A stretch of 24,397 nucleotides of DNA, taken from the NCBI GenBank assembly GCA_001724265.1, contig MEDY01000022.1, positions 124,001 to 148,397 on the forward strand, read 5' to 3'. The notes beneath the pieces were generated by a model. The model was not told the DNA's origin, did not search any database, and worked only from the letters and a program-made list of their open reading frames with translations. Origin of the DNA: Rhizaria sp. SCN 62-66. Taxonomy: Eukaryota. This document shows positions 1 through 10,400 of the stretch, piece by piece. Every line of letters starts with the position of its first letter. The first letter of the stretch is position 1. Made by a program: the position numbers and the translations under genes.

Positions 1-3000
1 CGCGTGAGCCGGCGCTGGCCGAAAGAACGCGCCTGCTTGTCCTTGCCTACCACGAGCTTATCGTCGGACGCGCCGCTCGACATGGACTCGGTCTCGAACT
101 CGTCGCCCGTGCCCTTCCCGCCGCCCGCGCCGCCCTTGCCCGCGACGGGGGCCAGCATTACCGAGCTGGCGGCGCTGCTGGCGGACCGCCGGCCAGCGGC
201 CTGGCGACGCTTCTGCAGCGCAGCCGAAGGGGACTCCATGACTCCGCCGGCGTTGCTGTTGTCGGCGACGCCGGGCCGTTGCACGACGTCGAGTGACTGG
301 TCGAACTTGCGCACCTGCCGCTGCGCTTGCGCGAGGCGCGCCGCGGCCGGGGTCATGAGGCCGCGGCTGCCGGGTGTCGCGGCGGGCTGGGGCGAGAGCA
401 GCCCGTCCTTGCCGGCGCCGCCGCCGTTGGCCGCGCCGGTGGGGCCGGCGGCGATGGTGGAGTTGGAGGCCGTGCCGGAGACGGAGGTGGGTACGACATG
501 GCCGATCATGCTGTTCGAGTCCATCTGGTCGTTTTCCAGCTCGTCGACGGCGAGTCCAGCAAGCAGCGAGCGGCCGACGCGGGGCCCGCCGTCGTCGTCG
601 TCGTCGGCGCGGCGCCGCGAGTGCATCGACACGAAGCTGGCGTCCGAGTCGTCCTCGTCGTCCTCCTCCTGCACCACATCGGAGATCATAGCGCGGATGA
701 ACATCACCGTCGTCTGAATCACCGTCATCGATAGCGACCACGCGCGCAGCGGCACTTCACGGTGCGTGTCGAAGTTGACACCGTTGCCGGTGTAGCCCGC
801 GCGCGTGGCCATGCCGGCCCAGTTGCGCTCCGCGGCGTCTGAGTCGTCAGAGTCGGAGAGCGCGGGGATGATGTCGCTCAGCTTGATCTGACCCGACGCC
901 ATCTGCTGGCGGCGGATGCCGAAGAACTGGTGGCAGTTGGCCGTGGCGTAGAGCACGCGGCCCGACTTGGGGTCAAGCAGGAAGTGCACGTCGCGCGGGT
1001 GGTCGATCGCCTGGATGACGCCGACCATCTTGGCGTTGGCTTCGTCGGACCAGCGCACGTAGAGGTTCACGGGCATGATGAAGTTGTGGCGGTGGCGCGC
1101 GTACGCTACACGCGTCTGGTTCACGATGCGCGATGTCTTGCGGACTAGGTAGTCAGAGACTATCTGGTCGTGCAGCTCCGCGATGGGCGAGGGCACGACG
1201 ATGTTGATGCTCTGGCCGACCAGGTCCGCGGTCTGGAAGTAGCCGAAGAGGCGCTTGGCGGCCGGGTTAACGCTCTCGATGATGCCCAGCTTCTGTCGGT
1301 CGACCGAGATGCCGAACACGGCGTTACGCTCGTCGAAGATGTCGAGGTTGCTCTCAAGCCGCTGGAGAAAGTCGCCGCTCTGCAGCGTGTCGCGCATCGT
1401 CTTGGCACGCTGGAACTCAATTGCCTCTGCGCGCTCGAACAGCGCCATGGCCTTGGAGGTGTTGCCCTGGAGGTCGAGCACGACGGCGCCGTAGGTGCGC
1501 AGCACGGGAACCGAGTTGGGGTTGATCTGCAGCAGCTTCTCGTAGTTGGACGTGCCGCGCGCGAGGAAGAGACGCGCATCGTGGCCGATCTTCGCCAGCG
1601 TGTCGATGTCGGGCGCGGGCCGTAGCAGCTCGGTCCAGAAGTCGACCAGCAGGCGCGAGGCCGAGACGATCGAGGAGTCAGCAACCTCCTTGCGCGACTT
1701 AAACTCGAGGTACGACTGAACCTCGGAAGACTGTGAGGCCATGCGGAGACTGTCAAGCATGAGGCGCAGCCGATGCTGCGTGAAGCGCGTGGGGAAGGAG
1801 CGCGTGCACGCCTCGCCGGCCTGGAGCTCGCCGTACGACAGCACGCGGTTGTCCATCACCTGCATCATGTAGCGCGCGAAAAAGGTGTGGAGCTCGGCGG
1901 AGCGCGGGAAGCGGTCGATGCCGAGCTGCAGCACCGTCTCGATGTGCTGGAAGACCTCCTTGCGGCGGTCCAGGTGCGCGCTAGTCGCTGCCTCGACGTA
2001 GATGCCGTAGCCGCGCACGTGCACCTGGTCGTGCCAGTGCCAGAGCATCGCGCGCGCGTGCAGGATGAACGCCTAGGGCGAAGTCAGGTCGCGCGTGCGC
2101 GCGTGGGCCGACTGGGCGTATCGCGAGCGGACGAGAATGACGGCAATGATGACGAGGAGCGGGAAGCCGCCGTAGAGCAGCATGGCGGCGCCGGAGTTGG
2201 GCGACGTTAGGCCGATGATGGTTGCGAGGAAGGCCGTGAAGCCGGTCCACGCGAGCGCAAGCGCCTGGATCGTGGCGAGGATCTGCGCGTCGTCTGCGTA
2301 GCGCGGGAGTTCGTAGACCTCGTAGACGGTCAGCATGACGCCCAGCGCGGTCATGATGATGGACACGGGCCAACGCCAAGACGTGGTGTGCGACACGGCG
2401 TTGAAGATGCAGAGGATGCCGAGCGTGACGGAGTAAGCGGCCGTGCTGAGGCCCGTGACCTGGGCAAAGATGGGCGCGCGCTTGTTGACCGCGACCGGGA
2501 TTGTGGGGTCGAAGCACATGATGGCGACAAGCGTCACGGCAGCGAAGAACATCACGAAGATGAGCGCGCCGAAGATGGCCGCGACGTAGAACTCGGTGGT
2601 GTGGCAGAGCACGTTGGGGTAGAACGTGTGGGGCGCGTTCTTGGCGCTGTAGAGGCAGCCGAAGGTCATGCGGATGAGTCCGTTGCCGATGGGCACTGTG
2701 CCAATGGAGCTGATGATCATGACGGCCACGCGCGAGACGCGGATGGGCTTGGTCCAGCCGAAGTATCTCAGCCCAACGCCCGCGAGGAAGCTAAAGATAA
2801 CCAGAGCAAGCGCAAGCGCAAGAGAGACAAAGAAAGGCGTCGCCAGGTTGGAGGTGGAGTTGGGGAACTCGGCGAGCGCGCGACAGATGGTCATCATAAC
2901 GTGCGTGATGCCAGTGTGCCACTGTGAGTGCGCAAAGGAAACGAAACCGAGCGGGGATTTGAGATGAGAATGATATGGGGATGTGACTAGGAGCATCAGT

Positions 3001-3474
3001 ACTGTGACTTGATAGCGCAGTGTGAGATAGCTTGAGGGGAGAAGACAGGGGATGGACGGTTGTAACGTACCTCGAAGTCAAGCATCTTGTCCGAGCCAAA
3101 ACTGACGAGCTGGAGGAGCCCGACGAACCAGAGGAAGTAATAGTAGGCGCGATGCATGTCCCAGTCACTGGCCAGGACGTCCATGAACCAAAAAAAGCGC
3201 TGGTTGGCCATGTCGAACCATTCCATAACCACGTGCACGAAGCCCTCATACTTGGCAGAGTCCTTCAGGTGGGGCGGGTTGTAGCGAGAAAAAAAATGCA
3301 CAGTCAGCAAACGGAGTGTGGTGAGTATGCGATTGAATGTGTGGATGAATGGTGAATTGTCATGCCGAGGCAAACAGTTTTAGAAGAAGGCAGACGTACC
3401 CTGAGTGTTGTGTGGATGTTAGACTGCAACAGGACCTCAGTCCCGTCGTCACCACCCCCTTTGTCAGTGGACAT
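1..3474 (-). CDS. TmcB/TmcC-like multi-pass membrane protein with TPR-like region and PAS domain(s); 3'-partial; contains in-frame TAG at 2073-2075
   Basis: Exons 3474-3400 (MSTDKGGG...HTTLR), 3262-3071 (DSAKYEG...MLDFE) and 2921-<1, joined by phase-0 GTACGT..AG introns. Several hydrophobic TM segments are followed by TAG (codon 372) and then ~690 open codons to the window edge, which the ORF track misses because there is no stop in the window. These include FWTELL...YEKLLQINPNSVPVLRTYG (TmcB-type TPR region) and a PAS signature IIESVNPAAKRLFGYFQTADLVGQSINIVVPSPIAELHDQIVSDYL. Confidence 0.85.
2922..3070 (-). other. spliceosomal intron (149 nt)
   Basis: GAG|GTACGT ... ctcacag|TGG, phase 0; joins two membrane-protein-like ORF segments. 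Confidence 0.85.
3263..3399 (-). other. spliceosomal intron (137 nt)
   Basis: GTACGT donor, GCTGAC branch-like motif, T-tract, first downstream AG (AAG); keeps frame. The exact acceptor is less certain (the next AAG is also in phase). Confidence 0.7.
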
Positions 3475-4454
3475 TTTTGTAGAGGGCACACCAAGGTTCA
3501 GTGTCCCAGAAAATTAAAACAGTAGACAGAACCTCAAGTGCAGTAGTGTCCAAACAGCCGAAATTTAATCAGGCGGTTGAAATCAAGGCAAAAGCAGCAA
3601 AAAGGTGCGGCCGTTTAAGAGCCAGTTGGTGGCGTCCAACCGGCGTGGTAGGAGCCGCAGCGCAATTTCCTCCGACGAGAGGCCGAGGACCGAAAAAGTC
3701 TATTGAGCAGAATTCACAAATAAATGTTTTCGAGCTTATAACTAATGTATATACAATGTAATACAACTTGCTGCAGCTTATTTAGCTTTACTCCATTTAA
3801 AAACTTATGTTATGTCTTGTTCAGGACTTGTTTTGTCGCAATAATGTGAGTCACAGTTTGCAATTGGGACGAGATGTTTAACTTAAATAAGTTCGTATCA
3901 CGAGACAAAATGGGCCCAAACAAGGAGAATGAAGACATTTGCAACGACTTGGTGATATAATAATGAGGACAAACTAGGCTAAAACACAGACAACTCTGTT
4001 TTGAACAAGCTTTCGATATGTAATGCTAATTATTTGTCGAGAATGCCCATGGTTAAGGATACAAACGTCAGAACGAGTGAGAAAAGCAAGACAATGCCGA
4101 CCGTAGCAGTCAGCAGTAGAAGTTATATTTTTATGACAAAACATTCTTTTACATATGCAGATTATATCCGAGATTTGTCCACACCGATGACTATTATGCT
4201 TGGTAAGCAACCTGAAGATTGTGTTGTTGAGAGGCTGAGATGAAATCTAGCCGTTGGTGACAGCCGTCCAACGGATGAGGTTGAACCGATTCTTAACACT
4301 GTTGCTACTGCAGTACCAAAGCATTAAGACAAGTTCCTACCTTTTTTCACAAAAACAATAGTGCGCTCACAACTTATGAATATTTATTATTTTCTTTACA
4401 CTCATTACCTACTTCTAAAAACTTCATACCGATCTTTCACCCGTTGGCTCGCAG
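3475..4454. promoter_or_regulatory. AT-rich divergent intergenic region between the TmcB-like and FYVE genes
   Basis: Head-to-head start codons at 3474 (-) and 4455 (+); contains CCAACGG motifs. Confidence 0.55.
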
Positions 4455-7400
4455 ATGTCCGCTCCTCGGGAAGCCGACGAAGGCACTGCCTTTGCCGCTT
4501 TCTTCGGCGCCGGCACCGACACGCCTACCCGGCGTCCTCAGATCGACACATCAGATCCTTTTGACATTGCGGACGAGGATGAAAACAACTACATCGGGTT
4601 CGGCGGCGCCGCAGACTCGGCCAAGAACACGCCCACCCAGACCGTCAAGTGCAGCATCAACTCTAAGCTTTCCAAGCTCGGCGCACCCAAGCTGCCTGGA
4701 TCTGGCAACCGCACTGCGCCTGTGCGCAACGCCGCAACCCCACAGACGATTGGATTTGCCCCTCGCGCTAGCAACACCCCGTCGACCCCTTCAAACACCC
4801 GCGCGCGCGCGGCGCCTGCCCCGACTCCTCGCGGCACGACGCCTCGCGTTGCCCCATCCTCTACTGCTCGGTATGTCAAAATATCCACATATAACTCGAA
4901 CACTGTATTTAACACACTTTGTGATTTCCTTACCGTTGTTACACTATCTGATTTCACTTTGATAACAAGTTGAATCCCGTCTTTTTCTATTCTCACGCCA
5001 ACCTCTCTCTTTGCTCTTGCACGCGTTTGCTTTCTCTAGTCCGCCTCTGTCTGCAACGCGCGCGACCCCGCAGAAGCCCAAGTCTCTGCACGAGCTGGCG
5101 CAGGGCATGAAGCTCACCATGACCCTCGGCGGTGGCGGAGGCTCCGACTCCGACTCGGACGACAACTGCACCGCAAACACAGTCAGCAACAACAACAACG
5201 ACAGCGGTGTCGCCGTCTCGTCTCTGATGCGCAGCACGCCTCTCCGCAGTACTGCCGCCGACGCTGACACCTCGTTTGCCGATGTGTTCGCCGCGCATCT
5301 GGGCTCCGGCGCCGCGTCCGTAGTCGCCACCCCTGCTCGCCACGGCGGGCATGGCCACGCGAACGCCCCTCCTACCAACACGTGCGCCGCGCCGTTCGCG
5401 TCCCCGATCCACGCCGCGGCCGCTGACTCACTCGCCGCCGCATTCCTCCAGGACCAGGCCGCCGAGGCCGCTGAGACGGAGAGCGGCAGTGCTACGACTG
5501 TGTCGGGCGGTCTGCTGGCGTCGCTGTTGGATGACCTGCCCGCCGCCACTGCTGATTGCGATGGCCTCATGAATGCCGACGCTAGCGCCGCCGACTCCGA
5601 CGCTGCTGCTGCTCCTGTTGCCGTTGCTTCCGAGAGTGAGCTTGACAGTGACGGTAACGCTCGTGCGGGCCTGACCAAGCTCCACTTCTCCCCTGGCTTT
5701 GATAGTGTTGGCGCCACCGGCGCTGCGGCCGCCGCCGACGGCGACGACGTCATCATCCGCGTCAAGATGTCCTCCGCGCACAGCTTCTCGCACGCCATTG
5801 GCGTCACGCCGCGCGCCGCCCCCGCCGGGCAGACGCTGATCATCAACCGCACGGGCCCCATGTCCCCGCAGCAGACCGCCGTCAAGGCGGGCTCGATGCT
5901 CTCCCCGACTGGCGGCAGCGGCGCGATGCGGCGCCGCCGCTCGTCCTTCGCCCCCGGCAGCCCAGGCTTTGGCGCCGGCACCGCTGGCGGCCGCCGCGGC
6001 TCTATGGCGCCGATTGCTGAGCTCGACCTGGCAGCTTTCCGCGCTGAGAACAGCATCAAGCCGAGTGACGCCGACTCCAACGGCGACTGCACTGTCAGCA
6101 GCAACGCCCGCATCGCGCACCTGAGCGACTCCGAGGCCGCCGCGGCGCTGATGGCGCGCTACCGCGCCCTCCGCGCCGTGTGCGACTCGCCGACTGGCGC
6201 CGCGATGACTGCGGGCCGCAACATGCCCGATAGCACTAGCAACCGGCTCGACGCGACAATGACCGAAATTGACGAGCTGTCGGACGCGCTGCAGGGCGTC
6301 GAGGACTTTCTCAACACGTTCCAGTCGTCTCCCTCCGCCGCAGCGGGCGGGCGCAAAAGATTCACCTTCACTCTGTCGAAGGAGGAACAACGCGCTCTCA
6401 AGGAGAAGGCCGAGCGTCTGTCATTTTCACTCGAGTGCGGTGACTTCGACTGCGGCGAGTTCGAGCCCATCACGCCGCTCTCCAACAACAACGCCAACGG
6501 CAACGACAATGCCGGCGACGCTGCCGTGGTGGAGCTGGACGCGACGCGCGCCGAGCGGGCCGTCCGCCGCCGCAGCGCCCGCGCGAGCCTCGACCGCGTT
6601 AACACCATCCTGTCTATGCTCGAGCCGTTGCCTGAGGCCGAGGTCGAGCCCGACTGCAGCAACAACAACAGCGGCAACAACGCGACTGCCGGCAGCGGCG
6701 CGCGCTTTGCTTTCGTGGCCAAGATGAGCTCACCTGAGCGCAGCCTTATTACTGATGCTGATGTTGATGCTGAGGATGAGGCTAACGCCACAGCTGTTGC
6801 CGCCGCCACTGCTGTTGGCTCTGTCACGCCCGCTGCTGCCGCGCCCACTCCCAGCCGCGGTGGCCGCTTTGCGTTCGGCTCCCCGTCCACTGCTCCGACG
6901 CCCCGCACCTCGCGCTTCGCTTTCACCGCCGCAACTCCCAACAACAACAACAACACTGCTGCTGCTGCTGATGCTGATGCCGAACCTGTCGCGGCTGTCG
7001 AGTCTGTGCTCACTTCGCCTACCTCTGTTGCTGCCGCTGCGCCTGCCGCTGCGCCCGCGTCGGCAAAGCGTTTCGCCTTTGGCTCCCCTGCCGTTCAGAA
7101 CACTGCCAGTGCTGCCGCCAACGCCAGCGCGACCCCGCTCGCGACCGCGCGCTTTGCCTTTACGTCCCCCGAGCCCATGTCTCTTGCCAACGCGAACAAC
7201 AGCGCTGCTGTCGCGGCTGCTACGCCGGCTGCTGCGACACCTGCTGCTGGAAAGACTCCTTCTCGCTTTGCGTTTTCTGCTGCGACGCCTACGGCTGCCA
7301 CTGCAACCGCCGCTGCCACTGCTACGACCCGCTTTGCTTTCTCGCCCGCTCCCATCATCTCTACCGTGGGCAACACCGCAAGAGTCGAGCCTCAGTCCTT

Positions 7401-10400
7401 GCTCGCCGACGCCGGCGCCGCTGTTAACTCGAGCACCGCCGGCGTCGACTGCGAGGCCGGGTTTGTGCAGACGCGCCGCCGCCGCACGCTGCGCTTCAGC
7501 TACGGCGCGCCCGTGCTGGGCAGCCCCGTCGGGCTGCTCAACGACTCGGCCGCGGACTCGGTCGTGGTCGACATGGCGTCGCCGCCCCGTACGGCCGCCG
7601 CGATGGCCGGCGCTGACCTCGATGCGCTGCCTGCAGTCACATGTGCTGCTGCTGTCGAGGAGGACGGCGATGCTGAGGTTGTTGCCGCGACTGCCGATGA
7701 CGTGAACGAGGGCGCGTTTGTTGATGGCGACGATGAGCACGACAACATGAACAATATTAGCACTGCCAACAAAAACGCTGTTGCTGCTGTTGAGGCCAAT
7801 GTTGATGTTGATGCCGAGGTCGAGACTCACGACGATGATGAGGCCTGCGACGATGATGACGATGATGAGGGCATGGCTGCTCTTGTAAAGCTTGCTCTTA
7901 ACGCTTCCGATTGCAACAATGTCACTGACGACAGCCACATCGATGACAGCGCCGTTGCCTGCGACTGCTCCGACTCTGGCATCAACACCAGTGGCGTAAA
8001 CGCGTCGTTCGTGTCTATCCGCAACGCCGTCGACCTTTCACTGGGCGCGATCAGTGAGGAGAACAGCGACGTCTCCGAGTTTTACGCGGACCGCAACGAC
8101 CTCAACATGAGCGGCTTTGCGCTTGCCGCAGAGCGTGTCAAGGCTGCCGAGGAGGCCAAACTTGCCGCCAAGCTTCTTGCTGACGAGGCCGCCGCCGTTG
8201 CCGCTGCTGAGGCTGAGGCCAAGGCCGCTGCTGAGGCTGCTGCTGCCGTTGCCGCCGAGGAGGCACGCCTTGCTGCTGAGGCGGAGGCTGCTGCCGAGGC
8301 AGAGCGCATCACACTTGCTGAAGCTGAGGCTGCACGTCTTGCCGCTGAGGCCGAGGCGGCCTGCTTGGCAGAGGTTGCCCGCCTTGAGGCCGAGGCAGAG
8401 GCTGCACGCCTGGCTGAGGTCACTCGCTTGGAGGCGGAGGCTAAGGCTCAGGCTGAGGCAGAGGCCGAGGCCGCTCGTTTGGCTGAGATCGCACGTCTTG
8501 AGGAGGAGGCACGCGCTGCTGAAGTTGCCCGCCTGGCCCAAGTTGCAAGGCTTGAGGCCGAGGCTAAGGCTGCTGCTGAGGCTGCACGCATCGCCGAGGA
8601 GGCCCGTCTCGCCGAGGAGGCCCGTCTCGCCGAGGAGGCCCGTCTCGCCGAGGAGGCCCGTCTCGCCGAGGAGGCCCGTCTCACATCTTGAGGCCGAGGC
8701 TATTGCTGCCGCTAAGGCCGCCGCAGAGGCTGAGGCCGCACGACTCGCCGAGATTGCACGTCTTGAGGTTATCGCGAAGGCTGAGGCTGAGGCCGCTGCA
8801 GAAGCCGCGCGCATCAAGGCCGAGATGGAGGCCGCCGCTGCCGCTGCTGCTGCTACTGAGGTTGCGCGTCTGCAGGCTATTGAGGAGGCTCGCTTTGCCG
8901 CTGAGGCTAAGGCTGCTGCGGAGGCCGCCGAGACTGCGCGCTTGGCCGAGGAGGCCCGCCTCGCTGCTGAGGCTGAGGCAGCTCGTCTTGCCGAGGAGGC
9001 CCGCCTCGCTGCCGAGGCCGCTGCCGCCGCTGAAGCTGTGCGCCTCGCCGAAGTCGCCCGACTTGAAGCCGAGGTTAGGGCTGCCGCCGAGGCTGCTGAG
9101 ATCGCCCGACTTGCAGAGGTTGCGCACATTGAGGCCGTAGCTAAGGCCGCCGCTGAGGCCGAGGCTGCGCGCCTTGCTGAGGTTGCCCGTCTCGAGGCCG
9201 AGGCAAAGGCCAAGGCTAGGGCCGAAGCCAAGGCTGCTGCTGAGGCTGAGGCCGCGCGTCTGGCCGAGGTTGCGCGTCTCGAGGAGGAGGCTCGTCTTGC
9301 TGCCGAGGCTAAGGCTGCTGCCGAGGCCGCTGCTGCAAAGGCTGCTGAGGAGGCTCGTCTTGCTGAGGAGGCTCGTCTTGCTGAGGAGGCTCGTCTTGCT
9401 GAGGAGGCTCGTTGCTGAGGAGGCTCGTCTTGCTGAGGAGGCCCGTCTCGCCGAGGAGGCGCGCCTGGCTGCTGAGGCTGCTGCTGCCGCTGAGGCTGCG
9501 CGCCTGGCCGAGGAGGCGCGTGTTGCTGCAGAGCTCAAGGCTGCTGCTGAGGCCGCTGCCGCTGCTGAGGCTGCTGCTGTTGAGGCCGCTCGCATTGCTG
9601 CTGAGGCAAAGGCCGCTGCGGAGGCCAAGGCTGCCGCTAAGGCTGCTGCGAAGGCTGTCGCGAAGGCTGAGGCTGAGGCCAAGGCTAAAGCCGCTGCTGA
9701 GGCTGCGGCTGCACGTAAGAAGGCTGAAGCTGAGGCGAAGGCTGCTGCCAAGGTTGAGAAGGAGCGCAAGAGGGCTGAGGCCAAGGCCAAGGCTGAGGCT
9801 GATGCAAAGGCTGCTGCGGAGGCCAAGGCTAAGGCTGCCACTGAGGCTGCCGAGGCTGCGCGCGTTGCTGCGGAGCTCAAGGCCGCCGAGGAGGCTGCCA
9901 CTGCCAAGGCCGCTGCTGATGCAAAGGCTGCTGCGGACGCTGTTGAGGCTGTTCGTCTCGCTGAGGAGGCTGTCGCCAAGGCCGCTGCCGAGGCCGAGGC
10001 TGCCCGTTTGGCCAGGATTACTCGCCTCGAGGAAGAGGCCCGGCTCAAGGCTGCCGCTGAGGCCGAGGTTGCACATCTTGCCGAGGTCGCTCGCCTCGAG
10101 GCTGTCGCCAAGGCTCAGGCCGAGGCGGAGGCCAAGGCTGCCGCTGAGGCTGCTGCTGCTGAGGCTGTTCGCCTTGAGGCGGAACAGGATGCCGCTGCCG
10201 CTGCTGCTAAGGCTGCCGCTGAGGCTGAGGCCGCTGCTGCCAAGAAGAAGGCTGAGGAGGATGCAGCTGCCGCTGCTGCTGCCAAGAAGGCAGCCAAGGC
10301 CGCTGCCGCCGCCGAGCGTGCCGCCGCCGAGGTTGCTGCTGCTGCGCAGCGCAAGGCCGAGAAGGAGGCGCGCCGCATCGCGGAGGAAGAAGCTGCTGCG

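Noticed and set aside
4-2927. Many plus-strand and off-frame ORFs over the TmcB-like gene
   Set aside because: Shadow ORFs of GC-rich coding sequence; the true frame is the minus-strand frame carrying TM, TPR-like and PAS motifs
3501-4243. Short ORFs in the AT-rich intergenic region
   Set aside because: They lack the genome's GC3 bias and any motifs
8593-9449. Short direct repeats as a possible CRISPR array
   Set aside because: No spacers; head-to-tail 18-bp coding repeats in a eukaryotic gene
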